Shown piece by piece: positions 19,478 through 29,076 of a stretch of DNA of 64,000 nucleotides. Both the position numbers and the translations under genes were made by a program. This stretch comes from Candidatus Latescibacterota bacterium. Lineage in GTDB: Bacteria > Latescibacterota > UBA2968 > UBA8231. Position 1 is the stretch's first letter. Every line of letters starts with the position of its first letter. The stretch covers positions 3,936,001 through 4,000,000 of the forward strand of contig OZ241362.1 of the NCBI GenBank assembly GCA_965200315.1, given 5' to 3'. A model generated the notes under the pieces. The model was not told the DNA's origin, searched no databases, and saw only the letters and a list, made by a program, of their open reading frames with translations.

Positions 19478-21379
19478 TCAGCCCACCAAAACCCGGACAT
19501 CGCCCCGCCTTGCCGTCAATCCTTCGGCGTCGAAGTGCCCTAAAAGCGCCATCGCGCATTTGCGGTTGCTGCCAATCAGCGTGCGGAATTCGGCTACTGT
19601 AATCTCGCTGTCGCGCTCGAGAGAATCGCTCAGCAGCGTCCGCGCACGGGCGAGGGCCTCGCCATGGATCAGCAAGCCCCCCTCCAACGCGACCACCTCT
19701 CCCAGAGCTTGTAGCGCCTGGACTATGTCCGTTACCTGCGGCAAGGGAGCGTCGAGGGATTGAGCTAGCTCAGCCATTGTCGGCAAGTCGGCGAAATCCT
19801 CGGTGTTGAGCCGCGCTTCCATAGCTGTCTTTAGCACCTCTTGCTCCGGGGTGAAGTAAATGCCGTGCGACGCAGCTCTTACTACGGCTCCATCGAGCGC
19901 GATCCGCCCCGCTTCCTCCAAGTAGCGCAACACGCAGTCGAACAGTTCGGGCTGGATGTAGCGCGCACTCAAATTGCGCAGCTCCTCGCGCGGCAATCCC
20001 AACTTGAGCGGCTGGGCGCGATGAAAGCTCGCCAGCGCGGCCTCGATCTGCGCGCCCCAGTGCTCGCACACGTCCAAATGCAAAACGTGCGGTTGCCCCT
20101 CCGACACCACGCGCACGGCGCGGCCATCCGCTACCAGCGCATCCGTCAAACCCGCCAACCGCTCCACGCCAATGCCCATCTCGCCGGCTAGCACCTGCTG
20201 GCTCTTGAGCCGGTCATCCGCGTGGCGGAGCCAGCACTCGACGACTTCGGGCAGGTCGGCATGGGCCAACGCCTGCAAATACTCCAGCAGCACTGGCTCA
20301 AAGCGCCGGTGCTTGACCGGGTGCGGGTTGAGCACGCGGCCGCCGCCAATGGTTAGCGCCGGCGAGTATCGGCGCAGCACAAAGCGGTCGTCCCAAGCCG
20401 CAACCACGGGAGCCTCTAGGCGAAGCTGGGCAAAACCCTCCTGCCCAGGCCTCAAAGGTTCGCCACCGGGCAGCACGACCCGCGCCATAATCTCTCGCGT
20501 GCCCAAGTGCAGACGCACTCGGGTGCGCGATGCCATGGTCATGGGGCTTGAAGCGAGGAGCTGCACCTCGGCGTCCAGCATCTGCGTGGGGCGGAAAAAT
20601 CCGCGCGCGACCAGCGAGTGCCCGCGTTCGATTTGGCCCTGCTCCACGCCAGCTAAGTTGATCGCGGCTCGGTCCCCGGCCCGCACCTCTTGTACCGTTG
20701 CGCCGTGCTGTTGCAAGCGGCGCACGCGAGCCGACCGATTCTCAGGCGCGATCTCCACGCGGTCGCCCTCGGCCAAGACCCCGGCCTGCACCGTGCCCGT
20801 ACAGACCAGACCAAATCCCTTGACCCCAAAGGCCCGATCTACGGGCAGGCGGAACGGCGCGTCGGTGCGCTTAGCTGCGGTGTCCTCGACCATAGCCAAC
20901 AGCCGCTGCCTCAGCGGGTCAATGCCCGCGCCGCTGAGCGCAGAGACGCGAAAGACCTCGGCCTGGGCCAAGAAACTCCCCTGCACAAACTCCCGCACCT
21001 CTTCCTCCACCAAGTCCAACCACTCTTCTTCCACCAAGTCGGCCTTGTTGATCACCACCACCCCGCGCTCGACCCCCAACAGCCGCAGCACGTCGAGATG
21101 CTCCCGCGACTGCGGCATCACGCCGTCGTCCGCGGCAATAACCAGCATGGCCACGTCAATGGTGCTGACACCGGCCACCATGGTCTTGACGAAGCGCTCG
21201 TGCCCAGGCACATCGATGATCGTGGCCTGAGCGCCCAAAAAGGCAAAGCCGAGTTCAATGGTAATCCCCCGCGCCCGCTCTTCCGGGGCCAGATCGGTAT
21301 CCATGCCGGTCAGCGCCTTGACCAACAAGGTCTTGCCGTGGTCGATGTGCCCGGCCGTGCCAATAACAGTGTGCGCCAT
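19478..21379 (-). CDS. selB: Selenocysteine-specific translation elongation factor
   Basis: [31 protein letters not shown] and NKAD motifs; winged-helix tail [10 protein letters not shown]...[18 protein letters not shown]. Confidence 0.95.
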   Translation of the reverse strand: MAHTVIGTAGHIDHGKTLLVKALTGMDTDLAPEERARGITIELGFAFLGAQATIIDVPGHERFVKTMVAGVSTIDVAMLVIAADDGVMPQSREHLDVLRLLGVERGVVVINKADLVEEEWLDLVEEEVREFVQGSFLAQAEVFRVSALSGAGIDPLRQRLLAMVEDTAAKRTDAPFRLPVDRAFGVKGFGLVCTGTVQAGVLAEGDRVEIAPENRSARVRRLQQHGATVQEVRAGDRAAINLAGVEQGQIERGHSLVARGFFRPTQMLDAEVQLLASSPMTMASRTRVRLHLGTREIMARVVLPGGEPLRPGQEGFAQLRLEAPVVAAWDDRFVLRRYSPALTIGGGRVLNPHPVKHRRFEPVLLEYLQALAHADLPEVVECWLRHADDRLKSQQVLAGEMGIGVERLAGLTDALVADGRAVRVVSEGQPHVLHLDVCEHWGAQIEAALASFHRAQPLKLGLPREELRNLSARYIQPELFDCVLRYLEEAGRIALDGAVVRAASHGIYFTPEQEVLKTAMEARLNTEDFADLPTMAELAQSLDAPLPQVTDIVQALQALGEVVALEGGLLIHGEALARARTLLSDSLERDSEITVAEFRTLIGSNRKCAMALLGHFDAEGLTARRGDVRVLVG

Positions 21380-21548
21380 CTGCTCAATATCCTATAATGT
21401 CCTATATTGACGTGAAATCCCGCGCCCACAACAAGGAACGTCTCCATGTACCTCAAGCACCTGCGTCATCCAAAACAGCTACACGGCCGGGCCATGATCG
21501 CGGCCGTCGTCGAGGCGTGGGTCGCCAAAATCGATCAGGAGCGCTAGC

Positions 21549-22172
21549 ATGACCCAAGTACTGACCGTGCATCCCGACCGCCTCAAGGGCCGCCACATCC
21601 AGCGCGCCGCCGAAGTGCTGCGCCAAAGCGGCGTCATCGTCTATCCCACCGACACCATCTACGGCCTCGGCTGCGACATTACCAACAAGCAGGCGATTGA
21701 GCGCGTACAGCGCATCAAGGGCCGCGACAAAAAGAAACCCATGTCCTTTGTGTGCGCTGACCTGACCCACATCAGCGACTACGCCCGCGTCTCCAACTTT
21801 GCCTACCGCATCCTCAAGCAGTGCCTGCCGGGGGCGTACACCTTTGTGTTGCCGGCCACCCGCCAGACGCCGCGTATCCTGCAAACCAAACAGAAAACCG
21901 TCGGCCTGCGGATCCCCGATCACCCGGTGCCGCTGGCCTTGGTCCGCGCCCTCGGCCAACCCATCCTGAGCACCAGCGCCAACTACACCGATCAAGAGGT
22001 GATAACCGAGCCGTGGGCCTTGGAAGAAGAATTAGGACCGCAGGTGGATTTGATCTTGGAGTGCGGGCCGCTGCCGGTGGAGGCTTCGAGCGTGGTGTCG
22101 CTGGTGGGGGATCAGGCCGAGGTGTTGCGAGAGGGCAAAGGGGATTTGCGTTTGTTTGCCGAGGAAGCGTAA
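21549..22172 (+). CDS. Sua5/YciO/YrdC family protein (YciO-like)
   Basis: VYPTDTIYGLGC, IKGR, LPGAYTFVL, TVGLRIPD and STSAN motifs. Confidence 0.9.
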   Translation: MTQVLTVHPDRLKGRHIQRAAEVLRQSGVIVYPTDTIYGLGCDITNKQAIERVQRIKGRDKKKPMSFVCADLTHISDYARVSNFAYRILKQCLPGAYTFVLPATRQTPRILQTKQKTVGLRIPDHPVPLALVRALGQPILSTSANYTDQEVITEPWALEEELGPQVDLILECGPLPVEASSVVSLVGDQAEVLREGKGDLRLFAEEA

Positions 22173-22220
22173 GAGGCGTTAAAATTAGCAGGAGATCTAC
22201 TAAAATATACTTGTTTAGCG

Positions 22221-22280
22221 ATATAATAGAGTATAGATGAGTATAAATAGATAGAAATAGGTATAAATAAATAGAATATC
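22221..22280 (+). repeat. AT-rich phased 10-bp repeat array upstream of the AAA ATPase gene
   Basis: atataataga|gtatagatga|gtataaatag|atagaaatag|gtataaataa|atagaatatc; the 16-mer gtataaata(g/a)atagaa recurs at 20-bp spacing (22241 and 22261). Confidence 0.7.
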
Positions 22281-22284
22281 GTTT

Positions 22285-23475
22285 ATGGACCCCATAAAAA
22301 ACCCTTTTTCACCCGGTGCTGGAGCACCCCCTCCCGAACTCGTTGGCAGGGACGATGTGCTTGATCAGGCTCGCATTCTACTAGGCCGAATCAAGCAACG
22401 CCGGGCTGAAAAGAGCATCCTACTGACGGGATTGCGCGGCGTGGGCAAAACCGTCTTGCTCAACGAAATGGAACGAACCGCCCAAGCGGACGGATATCGC
22501 ACGCTTCTCGTCGAAGCCCACGAACAGAAGCCGTTAGGTGCACTGCTGGCCGCTCCTTTGCGTCAACTGCTCTATAAACTGGACCGGCTGGCAGGCGCGG
22601 GGCACAAGGCGCGTCAAGCCTTGGCAGTTCTCAAAGGCTTTTTCGGGACGATCAGTGTCAAGATGGAAGGGATAGAATTAGGGCTGGACATCGATGCGGA
22701 GAAGGGGACCGCAGACAGCGGTGACCTCGAAATTGACTTGCCTGATCTGTTCACGGCGGTGGCAGAAGCAGCCGCGGAACAGGGGACGTGTATAGCTGTC
22801 ATGATCGACGAGATACAGTATCTCAATAAAAAGGAACTCGGCGCACTCATCATGTCCATGCACAGGATGCAGCAGCGCCAACTGCCATTGGTGTTGCTGG
22901 GTGCTGGCCTCCCCATCCTGCCAGGTTTAGCGGGCGAGTCCAAATCGTATGCTGAGCGGTTATTCAGTTTTCCCGATGTTGGCGCACTTTCCGAGTCCGA
23001 CACCAGCAGAGCCTTGCAAGCCCCCGTCAAACAATACAGAGTCGAGTTCGACGAAGCCGCCGTCCGGGAAATATACCGTCTCACTCAAGGCTATCCCTAC
23101 TTTCTCCAAGAATGGGGTTATCAAGCCTGGAATCGGGCCGAAGTCTCGCCGATCAGCTTGGTGGTCGTGCAAGACGCTTTCGCGACCGTAACCAAGCGCC
23201 TTGACGAGAATTTTTTCCGTGTTCGCTTTAATCGCCTGACTCCGAGGGAGAAGCGGTTTCTCCGCGTCATGGCGGAACTTGGCCCAAGAGCGCAGCGCGG
23301 CAGTGAGGTCGCAGAGTGCTTGTCAGTAAAAATCAACAGCATCGGGCCAACCCGGGCGAAACTCATCAACAAGGGCATGATCTACAGTCCGGCGCACGGC
23401 TACTTGGCGTTTACTGTTCCCTTGTTTGATGATTTTATGCGGCGCACCATGCCTGAATTTGCAGAGAGGGGCTAA
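22285..23475 (+). CDS. AAA family ATP-binding protein (AAA_16-like) with C-terminal winged helix
   Basis: NPFSPGAG..P.ELVGR; Walker A GLRGVGKT; Walker B VMIDEIQ; GYPYFLQ; RAKLINKGMIY...FTVPLF. Confidence 0.88.
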   Translation: MDPIKNPFSPGAGAPPPELVGRDDVLDQARILLGRIKQRRAEKSILLTGLRGVGKTVLLNEMERTAQADGYRTLLVEAHEQKPLGALLAAPLRQLLYKLDRLAGAGHKARQALAVLKGFFGTISVKMEGIELGLDIDAEKGTADSGDLEIDLPDLFTAVAEAAAEQGTCIAVMIDEIQYLNKKELGALIMSMHRMQQRQLPLVLLGAGLPILPGLAGESKSYAERLFSFPDVGALSESDTSRALQAPVKQYRVEFDEAAVREIYRLTQGYPYFLQEWGYQAWNRAEVSPISLVVVQDAFATVTKRLDENFFRVRFNRLTPREKRFLRVMAELGPRAQRGSEVAECLSVKINSIGPTRAKLINKGMIYSPAHGYLAFTVPLFDDFMRRTMPEFAERG

Positions 23476-23576
23476 GCATCAAAGACGGATGGATTGGCTC
23501 TAAACTCAATCGTTACCTCGCCAAAGAAATAGCTGACGCAAAGAACCTCAGGAAGAAAGGTAGCACGGTTTCTACA

Positions 23577-25901
23577 TTGCCTACGCGCTTGTTCCAATTC
23601 CTCTGCTGCCTCCTCGCCGCAAACGCCGCAAACGCTCAATCGCCGTCCTACGCCGAGCGCACCGCCTTGGCCCTCGCCCCTTCTGGCGCACTCGACATCG
23701 GCCTCTACGGATACGCCAATCCCGCGCTGCTCAGCTATGTCGAGGGCTTGGAGCAGGGAGTCGCTTGGTCGGACAGCAGCTCCGTCCATGCGTGGGGTCT
23801 TTTTACGGCCATGCCCCGTTTGGGATTTGGAATGATAAACGGCCGCCGCGACCGCGAGTACCGGGCTGGACTCAGCAGCGGCGATCGCAACTTCAGCCTC
23901 GGAGTGAGCATGGGGTGGGGGAGCGTACGGCACGGAGTGCTCGGGGGGATTTGGCGGCCCGGGCCGCGTCTCTCAGTCGGAGGCACCTGGACCGCGACCT
24001 TGGCGGACGCGGGCCGCGAAGGGGCTGTCGATCTGTCCCTGCGTCCCTGGGGCGACGAGCGGCTCACCTTGTACGCGGATTACGCACACACCGACGAGGC
24101 GGAGTTCTGGAGCGCCGGAGCCATTGTCGGGCTGGGACAGGGGCTGGCCCTGACCGGGCGCTTCTTCTCAGACCGCACCCTGAGCGTTGGCTTGCGCCTC
24201 GGGCTGGGGGCCGCCGATTTCCAAGCGCAAGCGCGGGGGCGAACCTTCCAAACGTATGCGGCGCGCTTGGGCGCACAGCGCGGGAACCTATTCCGGCCGC
24301 GATCTCACTACCTATCGCTAGAATTATCCGGTCCGGTGCAACACCGAGGCTTTGCTTTCTTCGACGACTCGCAGAGCCTGCTCGAGCTCATCGCCTTATT
24401 GGAGCGCGTCCGCCGCGACCCAGCCATCAAGGGCCTCGCCATCAATGCTTCGGGTCTGCGAATTAGCCCGGCGCTCGGCTGGGAACTGCGGGAAAAGTTG
24501 CGCCAGCTCCGCACCGGAGGACAACGGGTCGTGGTGTACATCGACCGCGTGGATATCTCCGGCTATCACTGGGTTTCGGCGGCCGATCACTTGGTGCTCG
24601 ATCCGGCCGGCGCAATCGGCTTGCAGGGCTACGTAGCAGGGCACACGTATTTCAAAGATGCGCTGGACAAGCTCGGAATTGGCTTTGACGAGTGGCGGCT
24701 TTTCCCCTACAAGTCCGCGACCGAAGTGTATGTCCGCCGCGACATATCCGCGGGCGAGCGCGAGCAGCTAACAGCCCTGCTCGACGACTGGTACGCCCTC
24801 GCCCGCCGCGACATCAGCGCCGCTCGCGAGCTGGCGCCCGAGCACTTCGACCGCCTCGTAGAAGACACCGCGTTCTTCCTGCCGCAAGAGGCCCTCAACG
24901 CCGGTTTAGTGGACCGCCTCGGCCGCTGGAGCGAAATTGACCGCACGGTCCAAGACCACCCCGTCGTCACAGCCAATTCGTACACCTCGCCGGCCGATCG
25001 GCGTTGGGGACAGCGCAAGCGCATTGCCATCGTCTATGCGCTCGGCGTCTGTGCCATGGACACCGGCATTGGTGCACGGCGGCTCGTCGGCGAGATTGCG
25101 TCGGCTTGTGCAGCGGCGGACGCCCTAGTGCTGCGCGTCGATTCTCCGGGCGGCGACATCCTGCCCTCGGCCCTTGTGGCCGACGCCGTGCTGCAATGCC
25201 GCGAGCGCAAGCCCGTCATCGTCTCGCAGGGCTACCTCGCGGCTTCGGGCGGCTACATGATCTCGCTGCCCGGCGATGCAATAGTCACCGCGCCCAACAC
25301 CGTCACTGGCTCGATTGGGGTCATTGCTGGCTGGGCGTACAACACAGGACTAAAGGAAAAGCTCGGCTTGAGTACGAGCCGCGTACAGGTGGGCCGCCAC
25401 GCGGATTTGCCTTTTGGCATGACCCTGCCCCTGCTCGGCCTGCGCCTGCCAGACCGCACGCTCACTGAAGACGAGAGTGCGCGCATGGAACACACCATCC
25501 GCTCGCTGTACGCGGACTTCGTCGCCAAGGTGGCCAGCAGCCGCCACATCGCGCCGGACTCGGTCGAAGTCGTGGCCCAAGGCCGCGTCTGGAGCGGCCA
25601 GCGCGCCGTACAGCTCGGGCTCGCCGACCAGATCGGCGGTCTCGAAGTGGCCATCGGGCTAGCCAAGGAAAAGATCGGGCTGTCGGCGGACGAGACCGTC
25701 GAGCTGATGGAGCGGCCTAAGCCCAAGTTGTTTTCGCCGGCGCTTTTTCGCCCGCGCCTGTTGGGCCGCGCCGCGCAGCCCACCCCCGAACTCGACTACC
25801 TACAATTTCGCCTCCAGCACAATGGCTTGCCCTTGTTGCTGGTTCCCGCTAACCACGTACCGAGCCCTGTGGGGCTGTCTGGAGAGAAAACCTATGAGTA
25901 A
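23577..25901 (+). CDS. sppA: Signal peptide peptidase SppA (S49) with an extra N-terminal beta-rich domain
   Basis: YKSA, LRVDSPGG, AASGGYMIS, TGSIGV and AQGRVWSG...LGLADQIGG; two S49 half-domains. Confidence 0.88.
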   Translation: MPTRLFQFLCCLLAANAANAQSPSYAERTALALAPSGALDIGLYGYANPALLSYVEGLEQGVAWSDSSSVHAWGLFTAMPRLGFGMINGRRDREYRAGLSSGDRNFSLGVSMGWGSVRHGVLGGIWRPGPRLSVGGTWTATLADAGREGAVDLSLRPWGDERLTLYADYAHTDEAEFWSAGAIVGLGQGLALTGRFFSDRTLSVGLRLGLGAADFQAQARGRTFQTYAARLGAQRGNLFRPRSHYLSLELSGPVQHRGFAFFDDSQSLLELIALLERVRRDPAIKGLAINASGLRISPALGWELREKLRQLRTGGQRVVVYIDRVDISGYHWVSAADHLVLDPAGAIGLQGYVAGHTYFKDALDKLGIGFDEWRLFPYKSATEVYVRRDISAGEREQLTALLDDWYALARRDISAARELAPEHFDRLVEDTAFFLPQEALNAGLVDRLGRWSEIDRTVQDHPVVTANSYTSPADRRWGQRKRIAIVYALGVCAMDTGIGARRLVGEIASACAAADALVLRVDSPGGDILPSALVADAVLQCRERKPVIVSQGYLAASGGYMISLPGDAIVTAPNTVTGSIGVIAGWAYNTGLKEKLGLSTSRVQVGRHADLPFGMTLPLLGLRLPDRTLTEDESARMEHTIRSLYADFVAKVASSRHIAPDSVEVVAQGRVWSGQRAVQLGLADQIGGLEVAIGLAKEKIGLSADETVELMERPKPKLFSPALFRPRLLGRAAQPTPELDYLQFRLQHNGLPLLLVPANHVPSPVGLSGEKTYE

Positions 25902-27009
25902 GGAAGCCCGCGCCCTGTACGCGGATATGGGGGCGACACCCGTGATTAACGCCCTCGGCCCGCGCACCCTTTTAGGGGGATCGTCCCCCCACCCGGACAT
26001 CATCGCCGCCATGGAACTAGCCGGCCGCTACTATGTTGACATGGACGCCTTCTTGGCGAGCACGGGGCGGATCGTCGCCGACCTGCTCGGGGCCGAGGCC
26101 GCGCTGATCACCCCGGGCTGTGCAGCCGCGTTGGTCCTCGGCACAGCTGCCTGCGTTACCGGCACAGACCCGGAGAAAATGGCCCGTCTGCCCGATTCAA
26201 CCGGCATGCCCAACCAAGTGGTCATTCAAAAGGCCCAGCACTACAAGTACGACCGCGTGGTGCGCCTGCCTGGCGTCACCCTCGTGGAGGCGGGCACCGA
26301 GCAAGGCACCACAGCCGACGAACTCGCCGCAGCCATCGGCCCGCAAACGGCCGCGGTGCTCTATCCGGCCATTGACAACCCAGCCGCTATCGTCCCGCTG
26401 GCCGAGGCCATTGACATCGCCCACGCCCACGACGTCCCGATATTCGTGGACGCGGCCTTCCGCGTCTATCCCCTAGAGGGCTTAACCCAGTACATCGCGG
26501 CCGGGGCCGACTTAGTCGGCTATGGTGCCAAGTACGTGGGTGCGCCCAATTCTTCGGGCATCCTCTGCGGCCGCACCGACTTAATTGCGGCGGCCCACTT
26601 GCACAGCTTTGCCTGCTTTGAAACCCGCGACCTAGACGGGGTGGGCCGCCCACTCAAGATAGACCGCCAAGAGGTCGTCGGCGTGGTGGTGGCCCTGCGC
26701 CGCTGGCTAACCATGGACCACGACGCCCGCAACCAAGGCGACGCCCGCCGCGCCGAGAATGTGCGTCAGCACTTGGGCGAACTGGCCCACGTGCAAAGCT
26801 CGGTCGACGGTCCGTCCTTGACCTTGACCTTGGACGAACAAGCCCTCGGCCGCACCGCTGCCGACATAGAAGAGGCTCTGTGCAACGGCAATCCTTCGGT
26901 CTGGCTCTCAGCGGCCCCGGGCCAGCTTCATTTGGCGATGCCCACAGTGGCCGACGGCGACGAGGAACTCCTAGCAGGGCAATTAAAAAAGGCGTTGAGT
27001 GGTTCTTGA
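25894..27009 (+). CDS. SelA-like PLP-dependent enzyme (DgaE/SelA-related)
   Basis: VINALG..TLLGGS, PIFVDAA, GADLVGYGAKYVGAP..SGILCGR and GRPLK; ATG at 25894 after a GGAG RBS. Confidence 0.82.
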   Translation: MSKEARALYADMGATPVINALGPRTLLGGSSPHPDIIAAMELAGRYYVDMDAFLASTGRIVADLLGAEAALITPGCAAALVLGTAACVTGTDPEKMARLPDSTGMPNQVVIQKAQHYKYDRVVRLPGVTLVEAGTEQGTTADELAAAIGPQTAAVLYPAIDNPAAIVPLAEAIDIAHAHDVPIFVDAAFRVYPLEGLTQYIAAGADLVGYGAKYVGAPNSSGILCGRTDLIAAAHLHSFACFETRDLDGVGRPLKIDRQEVVGVVVALRRWLTMDHDARNQGDARRAENVRQHLGELAHVQSSVDGPSLTLTLDEQALGRTAADIEEALCNGNPSVWLSAAPGQLHLAMPTVADGDEELLAGQLKKALSGS

Positions 27010-27044
27010 ACCCTCCCTCTTGGCAGTGCTAATCCCATCAGAAG

Positions 27045-28811
27045 ATGTCTTTACCCACGAGCACAGCACAGCAACAAGCCGAGGCCCTAGCGGCCGGGCT
27101 ATACGCCCATCAGGTCGAGGGCATCGCCTTTTTGTTGGGTCGTCAGCGGGCGATCCTCGCCGACGACATGGGGCTGGGCAAGACGCGGCAGTCCGTGCTG
27201 GCCATGCGCCAAGCCCAGCCCGAGGGGCCGTATCTAGTCGTCTGCCCGGCTGCGGTCAAGACGAACTGGGCGCGCGAGATTGAGTTGGTGCTGCCGACAG
27301 CAGAAATCGCCGTCGTCGGCCCCGCACCCGCGCCTGAGCCCGGCTATGCCGGCTGGGTCGTCATCAACTACGACATCCTCGCCAAGCACCCGCTGGCAGC
27401 ACACGCCTGGAGTGGCCTAGTCTTTGACGAAGCCCACTATCTCAAAAACTACCGCAGCCAACGGCACCGCCTGTCGCTGGACTTGGTCAAGGCCGTGGGC
27501 GACGAGGCCGTGGTCCACCTTTTGACCGGTACGCCGTTGACGAGCCGGCCGCGCGATCTCTTCCCCTTGTTGCAGTTGGCGCGTCACGCGCTCGGGCGTT
27601 CGTTCGTCTCGTTTGCCAAGCGCTACTGCGACGCCTACAAAGGCGAGTACGGCTGGGTCGCCGACGGGGCCTCCAATATCGAAGAGTTGACCGTGCAATT
27701 GCACGGCATCATGCTGCGTCGCACCAAGGCCGAAGTCCTCGACCTGCCGCCCAAGCTTCGCAGTTGGCTCGACGTGGAGGTCGCCAGCCGAGTGGCGCGT
27801 GCGATGAGCGAAGCGGTGACCGAGCTGTTGCACACCATTTCGCGCCGGGGCCAAGCCGAGCTTGCCGACGAGACCGAGGCCGAGCGCCGCTCGCGTCAGG
27901 GCTGGATCATGGGTCAGCTAACCACCGCGCGTAACCGCTTGGCCATCGCCAAGGTCCGCAGCACGATTCCCTTCGTCGAAAACGCGCTCGAACAGGGCGA
28001 AAAGGTGCTGGTCTTCTCGTGTTTTCTCGCCCCCGTCAACACGCTGCGCAAGCACTTCGGCCAAAAGGCCGTAGCCATCACCGGCGAAGTGCCAGCGAGT
28101 GAGCGGCAGCAACGGGCCGACCGCTTTCAGGAGGACGATTCGGTGCGGGTGCTGGCCGCGCAGATTACTGCCGGGGGCGTCGGGCTCAACCTCACCGCCG
28201 CGCGGCAGGTGGTCTTCAACGATCTCGACTGGGTGCCGGTCAATCACTGGCAGGCCGAGGACCGGGCCTACCGCATCGGGCAACAGCAAGCTGTCAACGT
28301 CACCTATATGGTCGGCCGCGGCACGATCGACGAATTCGTCAAAACCGTCCTCGAGGCCAAGTCGGTGCTGATTGACCAACTCGTCGACGGCAGCGCTTTG
28401 CCCGAAGATTTCCAGCGCGACGTGATGGACGAGTTGCGGCGGGTAATGGAGGTGCTGCCCGCGCCGCCCACCGGTGCGCTGGACGAGCAGCAAGTGGTGG
28501 AATTGTTGCGCGAGGCCGGGGCGGCTTTTGTCGCCGAACAGCCTGCCGTCGAGGCCGAGGCCAAGTCGCGCTTGCCGTCGGCCGAGGCCGTGCGCGTGTT
28601 GGCGCGGGTGTTGGCCGGGCCAAAGCGAGCACTGTACCGGGTGGATAGCTCGTCGAAGCCGGGGGCGTTCTACGAGTTGGAGGTGGAGGGAAACGACATA
28701 AGTTGCAGTTGTAAGGGGTTTTCTTATCGGGGGATTTGCCAACATGCGCGCACGTTGAAGGAGGCGTTGGTCAAGGAAGATGGGCTGCCGGAGGGATTCG
28801 TCGAAGTTTGA
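27045..28811 (+). CDS. SNF2-family (HARP/SMARCAL1-like) helicase with a C-terminal SWIM zinc finger
   Basis: LADDMGLGKT, DEAH, LTGTP, GGVGLNL and QAEDRAYRIGQ; C-terminal CSCKGFSYRGICQH. Confidence 0.9.
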   Translation: MSLPTSTAQQQAEALAAGLYAHQVEGIAFLLGRQRAILADDMGLGKTRQSVLAMRQAQPEGPYLVVCPAAVKTNWAREIELVLPTAEIAVVGPAPAPEPGYAGWVVINYDILAKHPLAAHAWSGLVFDEAHYLKNYRSQRHRLSLDLVKAVGDEAVVHLLTGTPLTSRPRDLFPLLQLARHALGRSFVSFAKRYCDAYKGEYGWVADGASNIEELTVQLHGIMLRRTKAEVLDLPPKLRSWLDVEVASRVARAMSEAVTELLHTISRRGQAELADETEAERRSRQGWIMGQLTTARNRLAIAKVRSTIPFVENALEQGEKVLVFSCFLAPVNTLRKHFGQKAVAITGEVPASERQQRADRFQEDDSVRVLAAQITAGGVGLNLTAARQVVFNDLDWVPVNHWQAEDRAYRIGQQQAVNVTYMVGRGTIDEFVKTVLEAKSVLIDQLVDGSALPEDFQRDVMDELRRVMEVLPAPPTGALDEQQVVELLREAGAAFVAEQPAVEAEAKSRLPSAEAVRVLARVLAGPKRALYRVDSSSKPGAFYELEVEGNDISCSCKGFSYRGICQHARTLKEALVKEDGLPEGFVEV

Positions 28812-28898
28812 CAGGTCGCAGACGAACTGTTCAGAACCGATGAGTAGCTCTCTGTATAGACGTTTTTAGGGACGCAGGACTTGGGTATATTGGAACAT

Positions 28899-28956
28899 GG
28901 CTGGGTGCGCGGGCGTCGGGTGCGCTGACGGCTGGGTGCGCGGGCGTCTCGCCCGC
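28899..28956 (+). repeat. REP-like element: 19-bp direct repeat plus GC hairpin
   Basis: ggctgggtgcgcgggcgtc at 28899 and 28930; hairpin GCGGGCG-TCT-CGCCCGC at 28940-28956. Confidence 0.6.
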
Positions 28957-29076
28957 TCAACACCGCGAAGACGGTGCCGCTGACGTTCCACGCTTGCAAC
29001 TCATGTAGGACTGCTATATGAGGAATCTGAGGCCACGGCGTTGCAAATAGACGTTTGAGTTCGCTACAAAGCTACC

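Noticed and set aside
20172-21397. 352-aa and 235-aa plus-strand ORFs
   Set aside because: They are antisense shadows of selB in GC-rich DNA.
22221-22280. CRISPR array or replication origin
   Set aside because: The repeats are 10 bp, degenerate and have no spacers. No cas genes, DnaA boxes or rep gene are seen nearby.
19478-27009. selB plus a SelA-like gene as a selenocysteine operon
   Set aside because: The genes are on opposite strands and separated by three unrelated genes. The PLP enzyme is short (~371 aa), lacks the SelA N-terminal domain and has GYGAKYVGAP rather than FSGDKLLGGPQ. No selC or selD is seen.
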